From NCBI GenBank assembly GCA_045642525.1, contig JAZUIZ010000039.1, positions 13,174 through 77,173 of the forward strand: a stretch of 64,000 bases of DNA, written 5' to 3'. Below are positions 26,899 through 36,505 of this stretch, in pieces. How positions within the stretch are numbered: the first letter of the stretch is position 1; each line of letters opens with the position of its first letter. This DNA is from Erysipelotrichaceae bacterium (lineage in GTDB: Bacteria > Bacillota_I > Bacilli_A > Erysipelotrichales > Erysipelotrichaceae). The notes beneath the pieces are model-generated. The model did not search any database and was not told where the DNA came from. It saw only the letters and a program-made list of their open reading frames with translations. A program made the translations under genes and the position numbers.

Positions 26899-29625
26899 AT
26901 GGAATACAAAGAAACTTTACATATGCCAAAAACTGAGTTTGAAATGAGAGGTAATCTTCCAAATAAGGAACCTGACATTTTAAAAAGTTGGCAAGATGAT
27001 GATTATTATCACAAGTTTTTAGATAAGAACAAAGATAAGACGCCATTTGTTTTACATGATGGTCCACCATATGCCAACGGCAATCTTCATGCTGGAACAG
27101 CTATGAATCGTATTATCAAAGATATCATTGTAAGATCAAAAGCAATGTTAGGATACTATACTCCGTTTTTCCCTGGTTGGGACACACATGGCCTTCCAAT
27201 CGAAAATGCTGTACAAAAACTTGGCGTAAATCGTAAAGAAGTATCTGCTGAAGAGTTTAGAAAAAAATGTGAAGAATATGCATGGAGCCAAATCAAAACT
27301 CAAATGGCTACTGAAAAACGTTTGGGTGAAATTGCTGATTATGAAAATCCATATATTTCTTTAAAGAAAGAATTTGAGGCAAGACAAATAAAATCATTTG
27401 CGAAGATGGCTCTTGATGGAATGATTTATCAAGGATTGAAACCAATTTATTGGTCTCCATATCAAGAAACAGCTATTGCTGATAGTGAGATTGTGTATAT
27501 CGATAAGAAAGATCCAACAATATATGTAGCATTCGATGTTAAGGACAACAAAGGGGTCTTCTCTGAAGATGCGAAGTTTGTTATTTGGACTACAACTCCT
27601 TGGACTATTCCTGCTAACCTGGCAATTTGTTTAAACGAAGCATTTGATTATGTGATGGTTAAGACTGAAAAAGGTAATTTAATCTTTTTGAAGTCTATGA
27701 CTGAAAAGTTGTTAGAAAAATTTGAACTTACAAATCTAGGCGAACTTCATATATTTAAGGGTAAGGAATTAGAAGGAATCAAGTGTGTTCATCCTTTATA
27801 TTCTGAAAGAGAAAGTGTGATTATTTTAGGAAATCATGTTACCGATGAAGATGGTACAGGATGTGTTCATACAGCACCTGGCCATGGCTTAGACGATTTC
27901 TATGTAGGTGTTAAATATGGTTTACCAGCATTTTGCCCTGTGGATGAAAAAGGAAATCTTACTAAAGATGCTGGACCAGCACTTGAAGGAAAATTTGTAT
28001 TTGATGCAAACAAAGATGTAACTGTAATGCTTGAAGAGTGTGGTGCACTTTTAAAGATGGAATGGGTAACACATAGCTATCCTCATGATGATAGATTAAA
28101 GAAGCCAGTAATCTTTAGAGCAACCGTTCAATGGTTTGCTTCAATTGATAAGATTAAACCACAACTATTAAAAGTAATTAAAGATGTTAAATGGTTAAAT
28201 TCTTTTGGTGAAGTTAGAATCACAAACATGATTAAAGATAGAAAAGATTGGTGTATCTCAAGACAAAGATTGTGGGGTGTTCCAATTCCAATCATCTATA
28301 ATGAAGATCATTCTCCAATAATTGAAAAAGAAGTATTTGACCACATTGCGGAATTGTTTGAAAAAGAGGGTTCGAACATTTGGTTTAGATTAGATGCAAA
28401 AGATTTATTGCCTAAAGGTTATACAAACGCAAAGTCTCCAAATGGCAATTTCACTAAAGAAAAAGATATTATGGATGTTTGGTTTGATTCTGGTTCTTCT
28501 TGGAACGAACTAATCGCAAGGGGATACTCATATCCATGTGATTTATACTTCGAAGGATCCGATCAATATCGTGGTTGGTTTAACTCTAGTATGATTGTTT
28601 CGGTTGCCAATAACGGTGTTGCTCCATATAAATCAGTTATATCTCATGGCTGGGTATGTGATTCAAAAGGTGAAGCTATGCACAAGTCTATTGGAAATGT
28701 TGTAAATCCTATGGACATCGTTGATAAATATGGCGCAGATATCTTAAGACTATGGGCTGCTTCAGAGGATTTTAAAGCTGATATGAGAATCGGCGATTCC
28801 AATTTGAAACAAGTATCTGACCAATATCGCAAAATTAGAAATACCTTTAGATTCTTACTTGGAAATATTAATAAAGATGATTTCACAAAAGCAGATACTA
28901 TTGAATATGATAATTTAGAAGCTGTTGATAAGTATATGATGATTTCATTAAATGAGATGGCAAGAAAAGTTCAAGATGCATATGATAGATATGATTTTGT
29001 TGCTGCAACTTCATTGATGACAAACTTCATGACTAATGAATTATCTAGTTATTATTGTGATTTCGCAAAAGATATCTTGTATTGCGATAAAATGAATTCT
29101 CCTAGAAGAAGAAAGATTCAAACAGTTTTATATCGTACAACGGATGTATTAGTTAAGTTATGGTCACCAGTACTTGCATATACTACTGAAGAAATATGGA
29201 AGTACTTTGATTCTAATGAATCTACATCAGTTCATTATACGCATTTCGCTAATATAGATGACTACAAAGATCAAGATATTATTAAAGCGAACTTTGAAAG
29301 ATTAAACGCAATTAGAACTGATATCTTTAAAGCAAGAGAAGAAGCAATCAATAATAAAATTATTGAAAAGCCTATGCAAACACACGCAATATTGCATGTG
29401 AATGATGAAGATAAAAAATTATTATTAGATACATTTGGCGATAAGATAAATCAATGGTTAATTATTGCAAAGGTATCATTCTCTGATGAAACTCTAACAA
29501 AATATGACACTATTGAAGTGAAAATAGAAATGGCGAAGGGCCATGTTTGTCCAAGATGTTGGAATATCGTTGAAGACGAAAACGAAGATGGTCTTTGCGA
29601 CAGATGTGTTGATGCATTAAAATAA
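26899..29625 (+). CDS. ileS: Isoleucyl-tRNA synthetase
   Basis: 908 aa. Class I HIGH-type motif (PYANGNLHAGTAM), KMSKS-type HKSIGN, CP1 editing insertion, and a C-terminal zinc finger CPRCW...CDRC. A T-box leader lies upstream. Confidence 0.95.
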   Translation: MEYKETLHMPKTEFEMRGNLPNKEPDILKSWQDDDYYHKFLDKNKDKTPFVLHDGPPYANGNLHAGTAMNRIIKDIIVRSKAMLGYYTPFFPGWDTHGLPIENAVQKLGVNRKEVSAEEFRKKCEEYAWSQIKTQMATEKRLGEIADYENPYISLKKEFEARQIKSFAKMALDGMIYQGLKPIYWSPYQETAIADSEIVYIDKKDPTIYVAFDVKDNKGVFSEDAKFVIWTTTPWTIPANLAICLNEAFDYVMVKTEKGNLIFLKSMTEKLLEKFELTNLGELHIFKGKELEGIKCVHPLYSERESVIILGNHVTDEDGTGCVHTAPGHGLDDFYVGVKYGLPAFCPVDEKGNLTKDAGPALEGKFVFDANKDVTVMLEECGALLKMEWVTHSYPHDDRLKKPVIFRATVQWFASIDKIKPQLLKVIKDVKWLNSFGEVRITNMIKDRKDWCISRQRLWGVPIPIIYNEDHSPIIEKEVFDHIAELFEKEGSNIWFRLDAKDLLPKGYTNAKSPNGNFTKEKDIMDVWFDSGSSWNELIARGYSYPCDLYFEGSDQYRGWFNSSMIVSVANNGVAPYKSVISHGWVCDSKGEAMHKSIGNVVNPMDIVDKYGADILRLWAASEDFKADMRIGDSNLKQVSDQYRKIRNTFRFLLGNINKDDFTKADTIEYDNLEAVDKYMMISLNEMARKVQDAYDRYDFVAATSLMTNFMTNELSSYYCDFAKDILYCDKMNSPRRRKIQTVLYRTTDVLVKLWSPVLAYTTEEIWKYFDSNESTSVHYTHFANIDDYKDQDIIKANFERLNAIRTDIFKAREEAINNKIIEKPMQTHAILHVNDEDKKLLLDTFGDKINQWLIIAKVSFSDETLTKYDTIEVKIEMAKGHVCPRCWNIVEDENEDGLCDRCVDALK

Positions 29626-29632
29626 ACCAAAC

Positions 29633-29661
29633 AAAATGCTTAATTAAATTAAGCATTTTTT
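29633..29661. terminator. Bidirectional terminator between convergent ileS and the nfu-like gene
   Basis: AAAATGCTTAAT/ATTAAGCATTTT hairpin flanked by an A-run and a T-run. The minus-strand gene's stop codon lies inside the stem. Confidence 0.8.
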
Positions 29662-29915
29662 TGTTCATCGATAAGATTATCGTCAGCTAATTTTACTTCT
29701 TTAATTCCTTCAACTTCATCAAGGATTAAAGCTTCAACACCATCTTTTAATGTATTATCAAGTGCCATACATCCAACGCACGCCCCATGTACTCTAACGT
29801 ATACGATATCATCATCGAGTTTTACAAACTCAACATCACCACCATCGCCTTGTATATATGGTCTAACTTTTTCGATAGTCTTTTTAACTAATTCAACTTT
29901 TTCTTCAAATTCCAT
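29649..29915 (-). CDS. NifU-C-terminal (Nfu-type) Fe-S cluster carrier protein
   Basis: 88 aa with GDGGDVEFV and the CxxC motif HGACVGCMA. RBS GGAGA. Confidence 0.85.
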   Translation of the reverse strand: MEFEEKVELVKKTIEKVRPYIQGDGGDVEFVKLDDDIVYVRVHGACVGCMALDNTLKDGVEALILDEVEGIKEVKLADDNLIDEQKNA

Positions 29916-29982
29916 AAGAAATCTCCATATAAATTTTACATCTATTGAACAAAAAATACTATTTTTTGCACTATTTTCATAA

Positions 29983-29991
29983 TGCTATAAT
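29983..29991 (+). promoter_or_regulatory. Extended -10 (TGCTATAAT) 8 nt upstream of the ATG at 30000
   Basis: TGnTATAAT match. No SD between it and the start, so this is a candidate leaderless transcript. Confidence 0.4.
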
Positions 29992-29999
29992 GTATTAGT

Positions 30000-30365
30000 A
30001 TGAGTTCGATTAATGATTATAAAGTCGGAATGACTGTTTATGGTAAAGTAACTGGAATTAAACCTTATGGCGTCTTTGTGAAGTTTGATGATGGAGTAAC
30101 TGGTTTAATACATATTTCCGAAATATCAAATGGTTTCGTTAAGAATATTGACCATTTTATGAATATTGATGAATATGTAATGACCAAAATTATTGATATA
30201 GATAAAGAACACAAACAATTACGTTTATCTTTTAAAGCTTTATCTCAAAACACTAGAAAGTACACAAAAAGAATAAAGTATGAAGGATTGCCTGAAAGTA
30301 ATAAAGGGTTTGGAACATTGAGAGACAAAATGCCCGAATGGGTTAAAGGAGAGTACAATGATTAG
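30000..30365 (+). CDS. S1 RNA-binding domain protein (YugI/CvfD-like)
   Basis: KVGMTVYGKVTGIKPYGVFVKFDDGVTGLIHISEIS is a canonical S1 OB-fold start. 121 aa. Confidence 0.8.
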   Translation: MSSINDYKVGMTVYGKVTGIKPYGVFVKFDDGVTGLIHISEISNGFVKNIDHFMNIDEYVMTKIIDIDKEHKQLRLSFKALSQNTRKYTKRIKYEGLPESNKGFGTLRDKMPEWVKGEYND

Positions 30366-31629
30366 TTTAGATTTAAGAAATGCAAAATTGAGTGAAGATT
30401 TATTGAACTGGCAAGACAAAGTTAGTGTCGCACATAAAGAGCTACATGAAAAAACCGGAAAGGGTAATGATTTCCTTGGCTGGGTTGATTGGCCATTGAA
30501 TTATGATAAAGAAGAATTTAATAGAATTTTAGCTCTTAAAAATAGAATGAAGGGCAAATATGATACAGTACTAGTTTGCGGTATAGGCGGTTCATATCTA
30601 GGAGCTAGAGCTGCTTTAGAAATGATTAAAGGTTTATATCCAGATGATGGAATTGAAGTGATATTTGTAGGAAATACTTTTTCAACAACTTACATTAATC
30701 AAGTGTTAAAACACATTGAAAACAAAAATGTTGTATTAAATGTAATTTCAAAATCAGGCACTACGACAGAAACATCTATTTCATTTAGAATTTTTAAACA
30801 ATTCATGGAAAGAAAGTATGGTGAAGATGCTAAGAATAGAATATATGCTACAACTGACAAAGAAAGAGGAACACTTAAATCTTTAGCTGATAAGGAAGGC
30901 TATGAAACATTTGTAATTCCTGATAATATCGGTGGAAGATACTCGGTTTTTACTGCTGTTGGACTTCTTCCTTTAGCTTTGGCTAATGTTGATATTGAAG
31001 CTTTAATGAAAGGTTCATTTGATGCATATAACGAATTAAATACAGATAATCTTAATTCAAATCCTGCTTATCAATATGCAGTAGCAAGAAGAATTCTAAA
31101 TAATAAAGGTTATTCAGCAGAAATGTTCGTGACTTATCATTTACAATTGACGATGATTGCTGAATGGTGGAAACAACTATATGGTGAGTCGGAAGGAAAA
31201 GACGGAAAAGGTCTTCTTCCAACAAGCGCATGTTTTACAACCGATCTTCATTCTCTAGGACAATTTATTCAAGATGGTACAAAAACTGAATACGAAACAG
31301 TGTTCTATATTGATGAAATGGATGGCGATATGGAATTTCCAAGTGATAAAGATAATTTAGACAATATGAATTATTTATCAGGAAAGAAATTATCTTGGGT
31401 ATGTGAAAAAGCATTTGAAGGTACATTAGATGCTCATAGTAATGAAGGAAATAATCCAAATATTGTTATTCATTTGAAAGATAATAGTGCATATTCATTT
31501 GGTTATATGATTTATTTCTTCTTCATTGCATGTGGAATGACATGTTACTTAATTGATATCAATCCATTTAACCAACCTGGCGTTGAAGTATATAAGAAAA
31601 AGATGTTTAAACTTCTTGGAAAAGAATAA
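30358..31629 (+). CDS. pgi: Glucose-6-phosphate isomerase
   Basis: GIGGSYLGARA, ISKSGTTTET, GGRYSVFTAVGLLP, GESEGKDGKG. About 423 aa, the short Firmicutes type. RBS AAAGGAGAG. Confidence 0.92.
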   Translation: MISLDLRNAKLSEDLLNWQDKVSVAHKELHEKTGKGNDFLGWVDWPLNYDKEEFNRILALKNRMKGKYDTVLVCGIGGSYLGARAALEMIKGLYPDDGIEVIFVGNTFSTTYINQVLKHIENKNVVLNVISKSGTTTETSISFRIFKQFMERKYGEDAKNRIYATTDKERGTLKSLADKEGYETFVIPDNIGGRYSVFTAVGLLPLALANVDIEALMKGSFDAYNELNTDNLNSNPAYQYAVARRILNNKGYSAEMFVTYHLQLTMIAEWWKQLYGESEGKDGKGLLPTSACFTTDLHSLGQFIQDGTKTEYETVFYIDEMDGDMEFPSDKDNLDNMNYLSGKKLSWVCEKAFEGTLDAHSNEGNNPNIVIHLKDNSAYSFGYMIYFFFIACGMTCYLIDINPFNQPGVEVYKKKMFKLLGKE

Positions 31630-31631
31630 TC

Positions 31632-31658
31632 AAAAATAAGGCTTAGCCTTATTTTTTT
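31632..31658. terminator. Bidirectional terminator between convergent pgi and the lipid kinase gene
   Basis: AAAATAAGGC/GCCTTATTTT hairpin with an A-run on the 5' side and a T-run on the 3' side. Confidence 0.8.
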
Positions 31659-31660
31659 AA

Positions 31661-32548
31661 TTAATCAATTTTTGGAATTTTTAATTTTAAATATGATTCT
31701 AACATTTTTATTTCTAAATGATTTGATTTATAGTTTTCACCATCGGATTGGATATTGATTAGTTTATCTGTGTCAACTATAACATTTTTCGCATGTAATA
31801 TTTTTATTTCTGGTGATTTACTTCCGTTTCCAGTTAAATAGTTTATTAATATTTTATAAATTTTTAATCCTTTTACTTTTGGTAAGAGAACTAAATCAAA
31901 ATATCCATCCTGTATGTCTGATTTTGGAGCAGAACAAACCCCATTTCCGTAATATCTGCCATTCATACAACACACAACCAAATAATCATTATCTAATTTT
32001 TCTCCATCAACAATTAATTTTGTTTTTGTTGCTTTTATAACAATTACATTTTTTAATATTGATAAAACATATGCTGGACCTTTAGTAAGAATTGTTTTTC
32101 TTATCATTGTTGAGGCATTTTCGTTTATTGTTGCATCTATTCCAAATGATGTAGTATTTAAATATTTCATTTTATCTGTTTGACCAATGTCTATATTTAT
32201 TGGTTCAGCATTAATAGTTTTTTTGATGTATTCTTTTAAGTTTGGACATTTAAGATTGAAATATCGTAAAAAGTCTTCACCAGATCCTCCTGGTATTGCG
32301 CCTAATGCGATTCTGTTGTCCATGCCATTCACAACTTCTAGAAGGGTGCCATCTCCACCTATAGAGTATAAAGTAACATCATCACTAACTGTATATTCTT
32401 GCGCAATATCTTTTGCGTGGCCAGGATATTCAGTTTTTCTAATCTCATAGTCAATATTTAATTCTTCACAAACATTAATAATTGTATCTATAGATTTAAG
32501 TGCTTTTCCTTTGCCAGAGATGCTATTAACGATAAAAATATGTTTCAT
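31661..32548 (-). CDS. Diacylglycerol/lipid kinase (YegS/BmrU/DagK family)
   Basis: N-terminus MKHIFIVNSISGKGKA, GGDGT motif (IGGDGTLLEV), 295 aa. Confidence 0.8.
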   Translation of the reverse strand: MKHIFIVNSISGKGKALKSIDTIINVCEELNIDYEIRKTEYPGHAKDIAQEYTVSDDVTLYSIGGDGTLLEVVNGMDNRIALGAIPGGSGEDFLRYFNLKCPNLKEYIKKTINAEPINIDIGQTDKMKYLNTTSFGIDATINENASTMIRKTILTKGPAYVLSILKNVIVIKATKTKLIVDGEKLDNDYLVVCCMNGRYYGNGVCSAPKSDIQDGYFDLVLLPKVKGLKIYKILINYLTGNGSKSPEIKILHAKNVIVDTDKLINIQSDGENYKSNHLEIKMLESYLKLKIPKID

Positions 32549-32626
32549 AACAATATAATTTTAACCTTAATACTGTTGTTTTGCCAGTAAATAATATGTT
32601 AAAATGTTCACAAACGAGGTATTTAT

Positions 32627-34678
32627 ATGGACAAAAAATATGATGGTTTATTCACTCCGTGGAAGATTGGCAATTGTGAAATAAAGAATAGAATTGTTTT
32701 AACATCTATGGGTGGCACTAATTTATTAGGATGGATGGAAAATAACCATTTTGATGAAGCTGGTGCAGAATTTATTTTGGAAGTCGCAAAAAATAATTGT
32801 GGTTTGGTATTGCCTGGATGTCAACCAGTTTATAATCCTATGTTTGGCCAATGGCTTCACAAGAAGGATAAGATGTTTGAAGATTTAAAAAAATGGATGC
32901 CAGAATTTCATAAAACTGGTGCAAAACTTTTTGTACAGTTAACGGCAGGATTTGGAAGATCATTTACAGTCAGCAAGATGATGGAAACATTATATACAAA
33001 TCCAATATTAAATGTTTTATCTAAACCATTTATGAATTTGGACAAAATTACTGCAAGTGCATCTCCTGCTCCAAACAGATGGTCAGATAAAGTTCCTTCA
33101 CGTGAAATGACAAAAGAGGAAATACAAGAATTTATTAATAGTTTTGCTTTAAGTGCAAAAAAATTAAAAGATGCTGGTGTTGATGGTGTTGAAGTACACG
33201 CAGTTCATGAAGGATATTTATTAGATCAATTTACTTTGAATTATGTTAATAAAAGAACAGACGAATATGGCGGATCTTTTGAAAATAAATATAGATTTGC
33301 AGTTGAAATTGTAAAAGCAATTAAAAAAGAATGTGGTAATGATTTTCCTGTATCTTTAAGATATTCAGTTGTTTCAAAAACAAAAGGAATGAGACAAGGC
33401 GCTTTGCCTGGCGAAGATTATGTTGAAGTTGGAAGAGATATGGCCGAATCAGAAAAGGCAGCTAAGTATTTGCAAGATGCAGGTTACGATATGCTTAACT
33501 GTGATAATGGCACATATGATGCTTGGTATTGGGCACATCCTCCAATCTATATGCCAGAAAATTGTAATCTTGAAGATGTAGAACATATAAAGAAATTTGT
33601 AGATATTCCTGTTGTGTGTGCTGGAAGAATGAATCCAGAAGTTGCCGCAAAAGAAATAACTGATGGTAAGATTGACGCTGCTGGATTCGCGAGACAATTT
33701 TTAGCTGATAGACAATGGGTTACAAAAATAATTAATGAGCAAGTTGATGATATTAGACCTTGTATTTTGTGCCATAACGGTTGTTTCAATATGTGTCATT
33801 ACAAAGGTGTTCCAAATGATCAAGCGTTATCTGATTCTCTTCATTTGGCAAGATGTGCTGTTGATGCTGAAACAATGCAGACAGATAAGCATTATATTAA
33901 GAAAACAAATAATCCTAAGGATGTAATTATAATTGGTGGTGGCATTGGTGGTATGGAAGCTGCTAGAGTTTTGAAACTAAGAGGCCATAATCCAATAATA
34001 TATGAAGCAAGTGATAGATTAGGTGGTACATTTATTCCTGCTTCTTCAGAAAGTTATAAAGGCAAATTGAGAGATTTATTAAAATGGTATATCAAGAAGA
34101 TGAGTGATTTAGATATCGAAATCCATCTAAATGAAAAAATTACTGATTTATCAAAATTTGGTACAAAAGATATTATTATCGCGACTGGTGCTAAGCCAAG
34201 AAAATTACCTGTTTCAGGTTTTGAAAAGACAATTGAAGCATGCGAATTCTTAAATGGCGAAAAAGTAGGAAATACTGTTGCGGTAATTGGTGGTGGTTTA
34301 ACTGGATGTGAAATCGCTTATGAATTGGCATTAAACGGAGCTAAGCCAATTATTGTAGAAATGAAAGATGATTTAGTATCACAAACTGGTGTATGTCTTG
34401 CGAACTCTTCATATTTAAGAGAATGGTTTGCTTTGAATAATGTTCCAGTATATTTGGAAACAAAATTAAAAGAAGTGAAAGATGGCGAGATAATTTGTGT
34501 TGATAAAAATAATAACGATATCGCAATTAAATGTGATAGTGTAATATCATCTGCTGGATATATTCCAAATCCATTAGTTCAAGAATCTTCAAATATTAAG
34601 CTTGTTGGTGACTGCAAACAAGTTGGAAATTTAAGATCGGTTATATGGCGCGCATATGAAGTTGCAATGAAAATATAG
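32627..34678 (+). CDS. OYE-like FMN / 4Fe-4S / FAD-NAD(P) oxidoreductase (2-enoate reductase / 2,4-dienoyl-CoA reductase family)
   Basis: OYE TIM-barrel motifs (IKNRIVLTSMG, VEVHAVHEGYLLDQF). Cys cluster RPCILCHNGCFNMC. Two dinucleotide folds, IIIGGGIGGMEAA and VAVIGGGLTGCEIA. RBS GAGG. Confidence 0.8.
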   Translation: MDKKYDGLFTPWKIGNCEIKNRIVLTSMGGTNLLGWMENNHFDEAGAEFILEVAKNNCGLVLPGCQPVYNPMFGQWLHKKDKMFEDLKKWMPEFHKTGAKLFVQLTAGFGRSFTVSKMMETLYTNPILNVLSKPFMNLDKITASASPAPNRWSDKVPSREMTKEEIQEFINSFALSAKKLKDAGVDGVEVHAVHEGYLLDQFTLNYVNKRTDEYGGSFENKYRFAVEIVKAIKKECGNDFPVSLRYSVVSKTKGMRQGALPGEDYVEVGRDMAESEKAAKYLQDAGYDMLNCDNGTYDAWYWAHPPIYMPENCNLEDVEHIKKFVDIPVVCAGRMNPEVAAKEITDGKIDAAGFARQFLADRQWVTKIINEQVDDIRPCILCHNGCFNMCHYKGVPNDQALSDSLHLARCAVDAETMQTDKHYIKKTNNPKDVIIIGGGIGGMEAARVLKLRGHNPIIYEASDRLGGTFIPASSESYKGKLRDLLKWYIKKMSDLDIEIHLNEKITDLSKFGTKDIIIATGAKPRKLPVSGFEKTIEACEFLNGEKVGNTVAVIGGGLTGCEIAYELALNGAKPIIVEMKDDLVSQTGVCLANSSYLREWFALNNVPVYLETKLKEVKDGEIICVDKNNNDIAIKCDSVISSAGYIPNPLVQESSNIKLVGDCKQVGNLRSVIWRAYEVAMKI

Positions 34679-34688
34679 GGGGGATAAT

Positions 34689-35963
34689 ATGAAACTTACT
34701 CAAGAACAACAAGAAATATTAGATGGTAAAAAGGGTGAGACACTTGCTAAAGTAATGAAAACTTTAGTTATGTTTGGAAATGCCTTCGATGCTGAAAAGA
34801 TGGTTCCTGTAACATCGGAGTATAATCACTTGGTTACATCATTTGGTTTAGGAGTATTGGATCCAGTGTATAAACTGATGGATACATTAATCGAATCTGG
34901 AACTATATCTTCACAAAAATTTACAGCAGATCCAAGGCCATTAGATCCAAATGTTCCTTCAAATATCATTCAAAACTTAGTCTTTAAAAAATTTATGTAT
35001 TCTAAACAAGAATTCTATGAGGGGCAATTAAAGAAATTAGGCTTGTTAAACGATGACGCTTATACATGTACTTGTTATATGCATGAAGTTGGAAACACTC
35101 CATCAAAGGGTGATGTTTTGTCTTGGTCTGAATCTTCTGCTGTTGTATATGCAAACTCTGTATTGGGTGCAAGATGCAATCGTAATTCAGGCATTATGGA
35201 TTTGATGGGCTCTATAGTTGGTTATGTTCCTTATTTTGGTTTATTAACAGATGAAGGAAGAAAAGCAACTTGGGTTGTTAGAATTAATACTACTAAAAAA
35301 CCAGAAGCACAATTATTAGGAAGTGCTATTGGTATGAAAGTAATGGAAGATGTTCCGTATGTGATTGGTTTAGACAAATGGATTGGCAGCGAATTAAACG
35401 AAAGTGCAACAACTTACCTAAAAGATTTTGGTGCTGCAACTGCTTCTAATGGTGCTGTTGGTTTATATCATATTGATAATCTTACTCCAGAAGCAAAAGA
35501 ACAAGGCGAAAAATTAATCAAAGATGGTGCAAAAGAATATATCATTGATGATGCTGAACTTGAAAGAGTTAAAAATTCATACCCAGTAATTTGGAAAAAC
35601 AAAGATGCTAAACCAAAATTATGCTTTATGGGATGTCCACATATGTCTTTGCAACAATTGAAGGACTGGACTGATAGAGTAGAGTTATCATTAAAAGAAG
35701 CTGGCAACTCACAAGTATTAATTCCAACAGTATTTACTGCTGCGCCTGGCGTAATAAAAGAATTTAAGAAAACAGATTATTATGCTCGTTTAGAAAAAAC
35801 AGGTGTAATTTTATCTTATATATGTCCATTAATGTATATGAACAATCCATTATGCAAGACAATGCCGGTTATTACTTCAAGTAATAAACTTAGAACTTAT
35901 ACAACTGCGAGGTTCTATACAGAAGATGAAATATTAAGCAAGATTACGAAGGAGGGCAAATAA
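34689..35963 (+). CDS. Aconitase X catalytic (large) subunit, DUF521 family
   Basis: N-terminus MKLTQEQQEILDGKKGE...LVMFGNAFDAEKMVPVTS, conserved Cys contexts (GARCNRNSG, FMGCPHMS), about 424 aa. RBS GGGGGG. Confidence 0.75.
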   Translation: MKLTQEQQEILDGKKGETLAKVMKTLVMFGNAFDAEKMVPVTSEYNHLVTSFGLGVLDPVYKLMDTLIESGTISSQKFTADPRPLDPNVPSNIIQNLVFKKFMYSKQEFYEGQLKKLGLLNDDAYTCTCYMHEVGNTPSKGDVLSWSESSAVVYANSVLGARCNRNSGIMDLMGSIVGYVPYFGLLTDEGRKATWVVRINTTKKPEAQLLGSAIGMKVMEDVPYVIGLDKWIGSELNESATTYLKDFGAATASNGAVGLYHIDNLTPEAKEQGEKLIKDGAKEYIIDDAELERVKNSYPVIWKNKDAKPKLCFMGCPHMSLQQLKDWTDRVELSLKEAGNSQVLIPTVFTAAPGVIKEFKKTDYYARLEKTGVILSYICPLMYMNNPLCKTMPVITSSNKLRTYTTARFYTEDEILSKITKEGK

Positions 35964-36407
35964 ATGAAAGAGTTTAAAGGAAGAGTTATTACTCCTGGAA
36001 CAGTAACTGCTGAAGCAGTTGTATCTCATGAAGGTTTCAATACTTTAGCTTCACTTCAATCTGCACTTCAATTTGGCGATAAGAAGGTTAAAGTTGGTGA
36101 TCAAAATAATAAAGATTTATATGGAAAACCAATCTTTAACAAGGCGTTGTGTTTGCCACAAACTATAGGTTCTACCACTGGCGGTCTTGTGCTATATGCT
36201 GCTTGTGCTATGAATAGAAACCCAGCGTGTATGTTGTTTTCTAATAAGATTGATTCTTTAGCTTGTGCTGGTGCAGTACTGTCATCTGTTTGGCTAGATA
36301 ATGTTACGATGCCCGTAGTTGATTGCTTGGGTGAAGAATTCTTAAATTATGTTAAAGATGGCATGAAGATTACGATTAAAGATGATGGTGTTGTAGTTGT
36401 AGAATAA
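35964..36407 (+). CDS. Aconitase X swivel (small) subunit, DUF126 family
   Basis: MKEFKGRVITPGTVTAEAVVSHEGFNTL, GSTTGG motif, 147 aa. It starts immediately after the DUF521 gene's stop, with RBS GAAGGAGGG. Confidence 0.7.
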   Translation: MKEFKGRVITPGTVTAEAVVSHEGFNTLASLQSALQFGDKKVKVGDQNNKDLYGKPIFNKALCLPQTIGSTTGGLVLYAACAMNRNPACMLFSNKIDSLACAGAVLSSVWLDNVTMPVVDCLGEEFLNYVKDGMKITIKDDGVVVVE

Positions 36408-36429
36408 TCTAATATCAAACATATTATCG

Positions 36430-36458
36430 AAGCTCGTTATATATTAACGAGCTTTTTT
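36430..36458 (+). terminator. Intrinsic terminator after the AcnX operon
   Basis: AAGCTCGTTA/TAACGAGCTT stem followed by T6. Confidence 0.85.
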
Positions 36459-36505
36459 GTTAGGAATGATATAAACAAACGTTAATAATAGTTAGGAGGT
36501 AAAAG

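Noticed and set aside
34689-36407. AcnX genes as part of an archaeal-type modified mevalonate pathway.
   Set aside because: ispH (MEP pathway) is present in the same window and no mevalonate-pathway kinase or decarboxylase genes are adjacent. The operon partner is an enoate-reductase-type flavoenzyme.
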